Source: Malacoraja senta
Lineage: Eukaryota
Assembly (NCBI GenBank): GCA_038087875.1
Contig: CM075979.1
Coordinates: forward strand, 39,432,001-39,496,000
Reading direction: 5' to 3'
Length of the DNA: 64,000 bases
Part shown: positions 49,686-60,503 of the stretch, one piece after another
Layout of the letters: each line of letters opens with the position of its first letter
Numbering within the stretch: the stretch's first letter is position 1
Translations under genes and position numbers: made by a program
Notes under the pieces: model-generated
The model's database searches: none
Seen by the model: only the letters and a program-made list of their open reading frames with translations
What the model was told of the DNA's origin: nothing

Positions 49686-49845
49686 CTGCGAGCATGGCTG
49701 ACTGACTGTAGAGCACAGGATTGCTTCCAATGGTGATGTTGCGTGGCATCGCCAGGGAAGTCAGCACTGCTGCTTTCCGCTTGCCAGGTTTGGCCGCCTG
49801 ACCTGAGGCTGGTGGATTCGAAGGAGTGCTTGAAGCAGAATTACT
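49686..49845 (-). CDS. FNBP4: FNBP4 exon (SNSASST...KRKA...TIGSNPVLYSQSAMLA)
   Basis: Acceptor gttgtctttcag|, donor CAG|gtaaaa; 160 nt, phase 0 to 1; TIGSxPVLYSQSA motif. Confidence 0.92.
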
Positions 49846-50282
49846 CTGAAAGACAACCAGCTCCATGTTTAGAAGCATCTCCGATACCATGCCTAGATTA
49901 TGCAATCAGTTGAGGGTGGGAGCTGCATCAGTTTGCAGAACCTGACTGCACTAATGATGCCCAAGATGCTGAGGGGATTATATGCAGAGCAGGTCAGTCA
50001 AATGCAATATAGGTTCCAATCTGCTGTGTTACAACATTACCCCGGTAAAGAAAGTCTGAGAGACCCATACTTGATTAAATAAAGGACAGCACATGCACAG
50101 TGGTAACTCTTTGCTTTCACATAGCCTACATACAGGACAGTTCACTGCCTGCGTTGAAGTCTGCAGAAGATATAATGTATGGATAACAGATGCTTTTCCA
50201 ATTAACCCAACTCGAAGGCGCGGAGGGAAAGAAAGGGGTGGGGCTGTTGTTTAAAACCATGCATTCTCTACAATCTCACTAC

Positions 50283-50605
50283 CTTTACTGCTGGAGGCTG
50301 GACTGTTGTAACCGGAACGATGGAGAGAAGGGGTCTTTCCAAACAATCATCTTCTGTTCCTGGTGCTGGCGGCTCTTTGCTCTCCACTTCCATCTCCACT
50401 TCTTGTATGTCGCTGTCATCACTTGGAGGGGGAGGAGGAGGAGGGGGTGGGGGTGGGGGTGGGGGTGGAGGGGAGGAAGGTGGAGGTGGGGGTGGGGGTG
50501 GGAGATCCAAGGGAAGGGGGGGTTGAGGAGGAAGAGGGGGTGGGGGTGGCTGGGCAGCAGTTCCTTCAGAACCTTGACCCGCAGATAGCTCTGCATGTGT
50601 GGGAT
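50283..50605 (-). CDS. FNBP4: FNBP4 polyproline exon (DPTHAELSAG...PPPPSDDSDIQEVEME...EPPAPGTEDD...PAVK)
   Basis: Acceptor tttattctgcttaaatcag|, donor AAG|gtagtg; 323 nt, phase 1 to 0; IQEVEME and EPPAPGTE motifs. Confidence 0.9.
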
Positions 50606-50625
50606 CTGATTTAAGCAGAATAAAT

Positions 50626-53217
50626 TTTTTTTTATTTTTTTTATTTTCATTTTTTTTAATGTTTATTTTATTAGAAGCAATTGTACAAGAAGAAAGCAAT
50701 CGACATAATAATTATACAGTTTTCGTACAGCTTCAGTTTTAACGTTTTATAAACTGATAAATGAATCGGAAAAAAAGTAAAAAGGAAAGAATAAAGAGAA
50801 AGAAGAAAGATACAAAAGAGAAGAAAAAAACCCTGAACTGACAGAGAAGTGAGAGAAAAAAAGAGGGGAAAAAAGAGATATGTCTCACTATCCTTCCCTA
50901 CACCCGCTCACCCATCCCAAACATCGGTTTTAAATTTGTGTTCAACCATTCTGTTGTTGAAGAAATTCAATGAAAGGAGAATTGGTCTGATTTATCAGCC
51001 AAAACAAGCCTTATTTTTTCTAAATGTAGTGTCTCGTTCATTTCTGTGATCCACATCTTCACTGTGGGAACTGTTATCTTTTTCCAGAATTTAAGTATAA
51101 GTTTTTTCGCGGTTATTAAGCCATAGTCAAGGAAACATCTTTGGAATGTCGTTAACTTAGAGCAGCCCTTGGACATTCCTAATATTATTAATTTTGAATC
51201 CGACTCCAATTGAATTTTGAGTGTTTTAGAAATGGTATTGAATATTCCCATCCAGAAATTTTGTATTTTTATACAGGATACAAAAGAATGAGTTAGGATA
51301 GCTTCTCGGAGGTGACATTTATCACAGAGAGGGGAGACAGTTGGGAAAATCTTATTCAATTTGGTCTTTGAGTAGTATAACCTATGCAATACTTTGAATT
51401 GTATCAGGCAATGCCTAACATTTAAAGAACAGTAATGTATGTATAGTAGGCTTTCCTCCCATATATCTTTTGAAATGGGTAAACCCAACTCGTCTATAAA
51501 TCTCAGAAGGTGGGGTATCAATATTTAAGAGAGTGTCATAAATGTAAGATATCAACTTACTTGTATCGGCATGTCTATTCAAACAATCGTCTAATATATC
51601 TGGACCCATAAAAGGACAATCTTGTGTCACATAATCTCGCATAATCACATTTCACATAATCTCGGATTTGAAGGTATCTAAAAAAATTGTTTGCGTTCAA
51701 GTGATATTTCTCCTGTAGTTCTTGAAAAGAGGAGAGTCCCCTTCTTATAGAGGTCTCCCAGTGTTAATTCCCAGGTTTTTCCATTGAACAAACACCATAT
51801 CTAAAGTAGACGGTTTAAACGAGGGATTGTTTGGAAGGAGAGACAAGTTTCTCAATTTAAGACTGAATTTCAACTGTTTCCAGATACGTATAGTACTTTG
51901 TATTATCGGATTTTGCTCATACGTTGACATATTCAAATGTATTGGAGATAGGAGGATCGAGCCTATATTAAAAGGCAAACAATCTTCCCTCTCCATTTTT
52001 AACCAATTTACATGTTGACATGTATCATCCAACCAGAAGATTATATTTTTAATGTTGGTTGCCCAGTAGTAAAAAAGAAAATTAGGAAGAGCTAATCCTC
52101 CATTTTCTTTGGGTTTGCACAAATGTATTTTGTATATTCTATGGGTTTTGTAGTCCCAAATAAAGTTAGTGACAGTAGAATCAATTAAAAATATATATGT
52201 ATACTTTTTGGGGGATATCGGTATTGATTGAAATAAATATAGGAGTTGCGGAAGGAAGATCTTTATGGCATTAAATCTACCTATAAGGGAGATAGGAAGT
52301 GTTTTCCAAAATTGAATGTAGGCATATAGTTTAGTAATTAATGGTGGAAATTTTATTTTAAACAGAGAGAAATATTTTCTAGTCACGTAAATTCCGAGAT
52401 ATCTGAACTTTTCGGTAACAATTCTGAAAGGAAATTTTTGGAGTTGAGAAGGGTCTTGTTCTTTTATTGGCATAATTTCACTTTTATTCCAATTTATTCT
52501 ATATCCTGAGAAAGAACCAAATTGTTCTATAATGTTTAGCACATTTGGAATACTGACTTGGGGATTAGTATCTGCATATAACGAGATCTTATTGGTGGTA
52601 TATTTGGTATTATATCCATGAATGCCTGAATGTGACCTAATACTCTCAGCAAGGGATTCTATGAGTTAGATAAGAGCTCTAGGGAGTTAGATAGAGCTCT
52701 AGAGGCTAGTGGAGTCAAGGGATATGGGGAGAAGGCAGGCATAGGTTATTGATAGGGAACGATCAGCCATGATCACAATGAATGGCGGTGCTGGCTCGAA
52801 GTGCCGAATGGCCTCCTCCTGCACCTATTTTCTATGTTTCTATGGCTAAAGCAAATAACATTAGTAAAAGGGCGCACCCTTATCTGTTATCACTAGATAA
52901 ATAAAATTTAGGTGAAAGCATTTGATTTGTCAGTATTCTGGCTGTCGGATTAGTGTATAAGAGCTTCACCCATAAAGTAAAGTTTTCTCCCAATTGGAAT
53001 TTTTACAACACTGTGAAAAGATAAGACCATTCCACTTATTTCTGCATCTAGAGAAATAATTGTTATATCTTCGTTTGTCGTTCTCTGCGAGTATGTTATA
53101 TTAAACAAACGTCTCAAATTATAAAACGAATATTGTTTAGGTATAAACACAGTTTGATCTGGATGTATTAGTTTACTAATAACCAAGCTTAATCTGCGAG
53201 CCAAAGTCTTAGCTAGT
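50626..53217 (-). mobile_element. 5'-truncated, degenerate L1-clade LINE in sense orientation to FNBP4, with a nested CR1 tail (52664-52844)
   Basis: ILAKTLARRL...LIHPDQT, IISLDAE, SGYRINWNKS, GGLALPNF, QFKVLHRLY; A-rich tail ending near 50626; ataaat at 50620-50625 and 53218-53223. Confidence 0.9.
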
Positions 53218-53811
53218 ATAAATGTGTTATCAACAGATGGAACGCAGGAGTGAGAAAAACGAACAACCCAAGTTACTGCATAGGTGAGCAGACAGCAGTT
53301 TCCTCAGCAGTCTCCTCTGCTCAGCAAGCATTTGTGTACACAGAATCTGTAAATCCCTGCAAAGCAACAGAAAAGCCTATCTATCCAAGCTCCCTTAAGG
53401 CATCCATCTTCTCCCATGATTTCCATTCCGTCAACATCACATGCTACTGCATGTAGAAGTCACATTTCCTCCCAGGGCACTTCCTCTGCCAAACTACAGC
53501 AGTCACTCTTCAAGAGTGGACCTCAACCAACAGCTTAAAAATAAACACACCCTCCCTATCTCTTCAAGTAATCTTTCCAGCAGACTGACTGAGGCCAATG
53601 CACAAGAGTAACACTCAGCCCTTCCGCTCTGATAAACAAGGAACCCAGTCTGAAAAAGGGCCCCAACCGGAAATGTCGACTGGCCATTCCCCTACAGATG
53701 CTGCCTGACCCACTGAGTTGCTCCAGCACTTTGCTCAAAGAACCCATGTGGTAGATGGCATGTTAGGCAGTTTAATAGAAACCCATTCGCTTGCAGGGTG
53801 CCTCGTCATAC

Positions 53812-53963
53812 CTGCACTCTCTCCCACTGGAGCGCTGAGCATATTTTTGCCACCAGTCAGCCTCGATGTACTCTCGGCTGCCTCCTCCTCCTCATCCACG
53901 TCTGGGAACTCCCACTGCGATTGGCCCGTCTGTTCATTGAGATAGAAATAGCGCCGGTGCTCC
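53812..53963 (-). CDS. FNBP4: FNBP4 exon (EHRRYFYLNEQTGQSQWEFPDVDEEEE...GESA), second part of WW2
   Basis: Acceptor ctgtcacgccgcag|, donor CAG|gtatga; 152 nt, phase 2 to 1. Confidence 0.93.
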
Positions 53964-54902
53964 CTGCGGCGTGACAGAAAGTACACACTTAATGTTGGAG
54001 GCAACAGCAGAGAGTCCCTGCCAAAGGCGAAAAAATTATGAGGTTTTTTTTGCCCACAGGAGGTTTGGCACCTCCTGCTCCTAGAGATCTAGGATGGCAG
54101 AGGTTGGACAGGAAACCTCGTGATTCAATTTTGTTTTAGATTTGATTAAAAAAAAATATCAGCCACTTAAAAAAAAAAAAAAAAAACGGTTACTAATTTC
54201 AGCCCAATTATTGTTGGTTTTGAAGAGAGGAAATGGATGCCTAGTAATGGTGGCACGGAGGGTGTCTGATGGGTAACTCAGACATCCCTTTTACTCTAGA
54301 AGCAAATAAGGAAGGAATTAGTGCAAAAATATTCTTCAAGCTGAAAAATAAAACAGTAATTTTTATATGTATTTAAAAAAAGTTACATGTTTTACAGATG
54401 CAGTAAACAGTAAAAAAAAGAGAAAAGAAAATAATTCTGACCTGTGCTTCCGGGAATAATCTTGGTCTTCTTTCGCAGCAGCTGCAGGAGGCACCTTCCC
54501 TCTTTGTTGCGTGGTCGGTTCAGGAATTCCATCCCAGAAATTTCCAGCAAAGCGCAGACATTTCTTGCACGCGCACTCTCTCTCCCGCCCCTTTCCCCAT
54601 TATCGTTACTCCCTTCCTCAACAAAATTATATGAGCAGTCTATCTGTTCAACTCCAATACTCAACCCTCAGCAAGAGAAATTGCCAAAATTTGTGGGTGA
54701 CATTTTAGGCTGGTCCAATGATTGCTTTGCTTTTGGGATTTGCACGCATGCGGGTGTGCTACCAAATTAGTAGTTTAGAAAGCTGGCAGTCTGCAACTAT
54801 TGTTGCCACGTCGTCAAGTGGAGATGGGGAGGGTGGGGGGGGGGTCACAGTTCAGTTGTCACGTGTCAAAGGTGAAAGGTGAAAAAGTAGAAGAGTGCGT
54901 AC

Positions 54903-55036
54903 CTGTCCCAATGGCAGGACCAGCCTTTTGGGGATGCATTAGATTCATAGTGTTTAATCTGTAAATCGGCTTCCTGCAGTTTACGTTTGAGATATTGGCC
55001 ATTCAGTGCTCCTTCTCGCCAGTCTGATATTCGAGT
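54903..55036 (-). CDS. FNBP4: FNBP4 exon (TRISDWREGALNGQYLKRKLQEADLQIKHYESNASPKGWSCHWDR), first part of WW2
   Basis: Acceptor gggtttcag|, donor CAG|gtacgc; 134 nt, phase 0 to 2. Confidence 0.95.
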
Positions 55037-56046
55037 CTGAAACCCAAGATGAACGATTAGAATAGAACACTAGAACTACCACAGCACAGGATCAGGTACA
55101 GAAAAAAAGATTACAAATAAATCTCCCGAGAGTACGTAAAGCTCAGGAGAGATGCTCTATCAGCTCGCGGGGACCCAGGGCCAACCAGTGCTAAGGAGGA
55201 GGAACCACGGCATGGATTTTGTTGGAGCTGCCAAGTTCAGCCAGCACATATTGGATCTGTTATCCATTTTATCTACAAGTGAAGTCAGGGAAGTAGGGCA
55301 GGAGAACAGTTTTAGGAACAGAGTGACAAGGCAAGAATTTCCATTCTTAAATCTGGTGCTGGGGTGCTGGTTGACAATAGGGAAAGATCAAGCAAGGACA
55401 GATGTCTGACGTGAAGCACAAGGCTAGGATAAGATCTCACCCGACAAATGCTGGAGTGTGAGGAGACTAATGGGTGGGCAGAATGCACCACCGTGTACCA
55501 GCTGCAATGACCCCAGTTAGCATTGCTGGTGGGTATAGGATGTAGAGGCAGTTTTTATATTCACTGTTATTTCTACATCCCCACCCCTCAGATATTCTTA
55601 CTGCCATTCAGCCCAGAGTCAATGCTGGCTCTCAGAGCATTCATCAGTCTCATCCTCTAACCCATTCTCTCACATGCCCATCAACTCCCCCACCAATGAT
55701 CGTGCCACTCACCCACTCACCAGGGACAATTTACGGTGGCCAATTAAACTACCAACCAGTAGGTCTGGGGTGAAAGTAGAAACTGGAGGATGCAAGGGAA
55801 ACAACACTGCCGTTGGCAACTCCACAAGGGACAACCCAAGATCAGGATTGAATTCAGGTTGCTGCAACTGTGCAGCAGCACTACCACTGCACTTTTCTGG
55901 TGGCAAGGGCAGAGGTGGTACTGTGGTATTAAGGGGAACTTCACAGATAATTATACCATTTTATCTTCAAAATTAGAAATCCCCTCTGTAAACTATTCAT
56001 CCTCAAACACAAGGAACTCTAGGTGGAAGAAATGAGTCAGTCAAAC

Positions 56047-56151
56047 CTCGATCTGGAGCAGCAGGAAGTGAAAGTTGGAGATAGACTGTCTGTTAATTCC
56101 CAGGAATTCCAGTTTACTGGAAAGAGTGTTTGCCAGTTCAGCAATCTGAAA
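56047..56151 (-). CDS. FNBP4: FNBP4 exon (FQIAELANTLSSKLEFLGINRQSISNFHFLLLQIE)
   Basis: Acceptor tttttgatcag|, donor GAG|gtttga; 105 nt, phase 0 to 0; conserved FNBP4 peptide. Confidence 0.95.
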
Positions 56152-56618
56152 CTGATCAAAAATCTGGAATCAATATTAACATGACCACATCCACCACTTG
56201 CCAGGATGAGTTTCGACATCCTGAAATAATCCGCCCAACCCAAGGCTAACACCAGTTCAAGGCATAATCCCCCGTAAACTGCCCAAAACGCAACAGGAAA
56301 AGGCCCCAGTCAATTGCCCTGCCAAAGGCCAACCCCCCTTAGACCATCTCCTCTGGAGACCACTGGTACAAACACACAAGATTGCTCCCTGGCCATTTCC
56401 CACCCAAGACCACATTTGTACTCTTCCCATACCCTCCAAGACTAATCCATCTCAATCCCTTGTTCCAACCCATGATCATTCCTTCCCAGAAAGCAATCAG
56501 CACCTCATCTGCACATCTTCACAAATATCAGCACACATGCACCGTTCCAGACAACATTACTGCGCACGTTAAACACCGGAAAACAACACGAGCCCAGCCT
56601 GCACTGCAGCCTTCCCAC

Positions 56619-56740
56619 CTTCAGTTCACATTCATCATCCTTTTCCTCTGGAGGTGGTTTTGGCGCAGCTGCCGCTTTTTCTGCAGACTCTTCAAGGTCC
56701 ACGTCATCTCCTTCAGCATCGTTGTTTGGTTTCTCAGGAG
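56619..56740 (-). CDS. FNBP4: FNBP4 exon (PEKPNNDAEGDDVDLEESAEK...DECELK)
   Basis: Acceptor ttttgatctctag|, donor AAG|gtggga; 122 nt, phase 1 to 0. Confidence 0.88.
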
Positions 56741-57387
56741 CTAGAGATCAAAAGCAGAGAAGATAGTTAAGAATCCTGAAATTTCCTGCCATGCAATTAA
56801 ATAGAGGGAACTGTTGCAAGTTGCGTGTGACAATTTACCACACGCAGTTCCTTTGTAATTCCCTGTTGGCTGAAGGGACAATGTGAAACAAGGCTGGGAG
56901 TCTGCAGAGAATGGAAATTATTTTTACTTAACAGTTACGAGTCTCACTCTAACCATAAAAAACGTCCCAGGAATATTTGACAAACTCATTTTGATTATGC
57001 TCAAGCCGTGCTGTGCATCACAACGCCGTGGGAAGTGTGCTCATACAGTACCTCTCCATGAGTGTTCAATAGTCAGCTTTACACACCATGATTGAATGAA
57101 ATCAGTTTTCTTTTCAATGAGTCTTGCGACCTCTCAAGACATTAAGATCACAGATTCTGAATATGACATTGTACCAAGACTAAATAGGAAATAGACCATA
57201 GAAGCTGGCCATAATTGCAACAACTAGTCTGGTTCAGTTTTAATCACTCAGAGCAGACACTTCTGTGTAAAGAAATAAATGCTCAGAGGTACGAAAGCAC
57301 TTCCGAAAAAGTCAACTATTTAGAAGTTAACAACCAGTAACTTGGTCAGAACTAAAGCTTAGAGATAAAATTTCCCCGATAACCTAC

Positions 57388-57616
57388 CAGGTTCTGTGGA
57401 ATGCACTTCCTCCGGGGTAGTGTCCTGTTCCAGGTTGTTTAAATCACGACTAGCAGATTCAGGACTAAAGGTGCGAGCAAGTGCCTGCCACTTCCCCTTC
57501 CTGTGGACATGCTTACTGCTCTCGGACACCTGCCCATCCTGCATCATAACCTGGCTGCAATCAGACCGTGGACTCGACCCATTGGCATCACCTTCCTCCA
57601 GCGCTCGTAGCTCTGC
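57388..57616 (-). CDS. FNBP4: FNBP4 exon (AELRALEEGDANGSSPRSD...EVHSTEP)
   Basis: Acceptor tcttcacag|, donor CTG|gtaggt; 229 nt, phase 0 to 1; AELRALEEGD and SSPRSD motifs. Confidence 0.93.
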
Positions 57617-57767
57617 CTGTGAAGACCAGCATGGTAACATCGATGAAAATGGTGTATTAAACACAAACAGACAAACACTTTCCTTTGTTGGATGTGGTAT
57701 TGTCAAAATGAATTTTGTTAGTATGTTTATGAAGGAACTGCAGATGCTGGTTTAAACCAAAAACAGC

Positions 57768-57887
57768 CAAAATGCTGGAGTAACTCAGCAGGACAGGTAG
57801 CATCTCTGGAGAGAAGGAATGGGTGACAACACCCATTCTTTCTCTCCAGAGATGCTGCCTGTCCCGCTGTGTTACTCTAGAATTTTG
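57768..57887. repeat. Near-perfect 58-bp inverted repeat (4-nt loop) made of two Penelope-derived termini
   Basis: Arms 57768-57825 and 57830-57887 are reverse complements with 6 mismatches. Confidence 0.9.
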
Positions 57888-58519
57888 TGTATATCTTTGA
57901 ATCTTGTTAGTGTCAATTTCAACCCTAGGCCTTGAGGGGGGAAATTTAATTTTAGTTAGATACACCATGGAAACAGGTCCCTTTGGCCATCAGGTTCACA
58001 CTGGCCATCGATCACCCATTCACTTTCTTATTCACACCATGTTATCCCACTTTCTCATCGAATCCCTACGGACCAGGGGCAATTTAAAGAGGCCAAATGA
58101 CCTACAAATTCACACAGGAGGAAACTGCAGCACCCGGAGGAAACACACACGGTCATACGGAGAATGTATAAACTCCACAGTACTCGAGGTTAGGATTGAA
58201 CCCGTCTTTGGCACTGCGAGGCAGCAGCTCTACCAGCTGCGCATCTGTGCCACAAAATGTTTGCTCTGTGCCAATTTTCACCATGGAACATGTGAATTTC
58301 CCACTAAGTGGCATAAATGTGCTCTGTAAACCCCAAGGCAACTCAACCTGCACACTTGGGTTTTTAAATCAACCCTTCTTAGTAACCAATTTGCTTAAAT
58401 CAGTCCTCTTTCCCAAACCCATCACCCTCATGGCATGATTCAAGATAAATTCAAAGAAACACCACAATGTATTCCTCCGATGTATAATCCACAATGTATT
58501 GTGAATGCATAATTCCACT

Positions 58520-59135
58520 ATCAGCAAGACCAAGCGCACACTGAGCGATCATTTTGCTGAACACCTATGCTCAGTATGCCTTGGCCTACACAATTTCCCA
58601 GTTGCCAAACACTTTAACTCCCCATCTCATTCCCATACTGACCTATCTGTCCTGGGCCTCCTCCACTGTCAGTGTGAGGCTATATGCAAACTGGAGGAAC
58701 AGTACCTCATATTTCCCATGGGCAGCCTACAACGCAGCATTATGAATATTGATTTCTCTAATTTTAAGTAACCCTTGCATTCTCTCTCCGTCCCTCACCC
58801 ACCCTAGTCATCCTACTAGTTTCACTGTTATCCTGCGTAGTTTCACTGTTTGTACTCCCTAGTTATTACCTCTGCCACAGCCAACAATGGACCATTGTGG
58901 GCTCCACCTTTCCCCATATCATCCTTGTTGGCCTTGCTTCGTTCTTTTCATACCTTTCATTCTTTGTACCTCCTCATACCTCCAGTTTCTCTCTCCCCGG
59001 ACTTAGTCTGAAAAAGGGTCTCAACATGAAACATCACCTATTTGTTTTCTCCAGAGATGCTGCCTGACCTGCAGAGTTACTCCAGCATTTTGTGGCTATC
59101 TTAAGTGTAAACCAGCATCTGCGGTTCCTTCCGCC
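58520..59135 (+). mobile_element. Penelope-like 3' fragment (GIY-YIG, hammerhead-like motif, terminus)
   Basis: SKTKRTLSDHFAEHL...PVAKHFNSPSHS...KLEEQYLIF; gtctgaaaaagggtctcaacatgaaacatcacc. Confidence 0.82.
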
Positions 59136-59194
59136 ACAATGTAGTATTTAGCTCTCTTTTGAACAGAATTCAAATGTTTGGTGAAGGAAATTGT

Positions 59195-59620
59195 GAAATT
59201 GAGGAGAGTTTGATGGCTCCGGACCTGTACTCCCTGGAGTTTTAAAGGATGGGAGGGGGGGGGGATCTCATTAAAATCTGCCAAATAATGAAAGGCCTAG
59301 TTAGAGTGGATGGGAAGAGGTGGTTCCCAGTAGTTGAAGAATCTAAGACCAAACACAGCATCAAGACAAAAAGGACATACCTTTAGAATGGAGATGAAAA
59401 GGAATTTCTTTAGCCAGAGGGTGGTGAATTCATTGCCACAGATGGCTATGGATGTCAAATCATTGGGAATATTTAAAGCGGAAATTGATAAGTTCTTGAT
59501 TAGTAAAGGCGTCAAAGGCTATGGGGAGTAGGCAGGAGAATGTGCTTGGGAGGGAAAAATTTATCAGCCATGATTGAATGACAGAGCGGACTTGACGGGC
59601 CGAATGGCCTCATTCTGCTC
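59195..59620 (+). mobile_element. CR1 LINE 3' fragment
   Basis: FRMEMKRNFFSQRVVN...IFKAEIDKFLISKGVKGYGE. Confidence 0.85.
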
Positions 59621-59750
59621 TCCTGTAAATACAGTTTAGAAATTTACAAGCATTCAGGTAGTGATACATCCATTGTGTGCGGTTATCACAAAGTATAGTC
59701 AGGTATGAAAACTAGTTTAAAGAGACCCTGTCTCCTGGGTGTAATCTAAC

Positions 59751-60218
59751 CTTTTTTCTCTCCAGCACCAGTTCCAGCTCTCGTGTATACTCCTCATCCT
59801 CCTCTTTTTCCACCGCCTCCTCCTCATCCTCCACACTCTCCTGGGAAAGGTCCAAGGTCTGCTGATCCTCCGGAAGGGCTTCTTCGGCATGCACAGTGTC
59901 NNNNNNNNNNNNNNNNNNNNNNNNNNNNNNNNNNNNNNNNNNNNNNNNNNNNNNNNNNNNNNNNNNNNNNNNNNNNNNNNNNNNNNNNNNNNNNNNNNNN
60001 NNNNNNNNNNNNNNNNNNNNNNNNNNNNNNNNNNNNNNNNNNNNNNNNNNNNNNNNNNNNNNNNNNNNNNNNNNNNNNTCCTGGCAAATCAATTTCTTCC
60101 GCCACTTTTCCTCTGCTTTCTTCACTTCCTCAGGGATGAGCGGAGCCAGCAAGGATGCAGCAACACCTGATCGCTCTTCCTTATCACCAGTCAGTGCAAA
60201 TACACTTTCGTTAACTTC
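59751..60218 (-). CDS. FNBP4: FNBP4 exon (EVNESVFALTGDKEERSGVAASLLAPLIPEE...ELELVLERKK), interrupted by an assembly gap
   Basis: Acceptor ttccaaag|GAA, donor AAG|gttaga; GVAASLLAPL and LELVLERKK motifs. The 178 Ns at 59901-60078 make the interior unverifiable. Confidence 0.85.
59901..60078. other. Assembly gap (178 N)
   Basis: Run of n characters. Confidence 1.
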
Positions 60219-60397
60219 CTTTGGAAGCAGGAAACAGCAGATTAGAGGGACAACACTCACAGGTGCAAGCATGGGCATAAATCAGAAGTTATGTGCACAC
60301 CACTGGCCCAATTGAAACAAATGTAGGCTTCTACACGTTAATTTTATTTTTCTTCCCCTTTGGGAAAACAATAGATATCACCCTAATTCACCCCTAC

Positions 60398-60503
60398 CTT
60401 CTTCAGGTTTCTGACATCAGGCTTTGTCAGAGTTTGGTCATGGTGATAGACACCCATGTGTTGATAACTGCTCTCCACTTCACTAGCAGACAGGACCACG
60501 GAA
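60398..60503 (-). CDS. FNBP4: FNBP4 exon (SVVLSASEVESSYQHMGVYHHDQTLTKPDVRNLKK)
   Basis: Acceptor tgttgtctttcag|, donor AAG|gtaggg; 106 nt, phase 2 to 0, bridging the flanking exons without a stop. Not in the ORF track. Confidence 0.85.
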
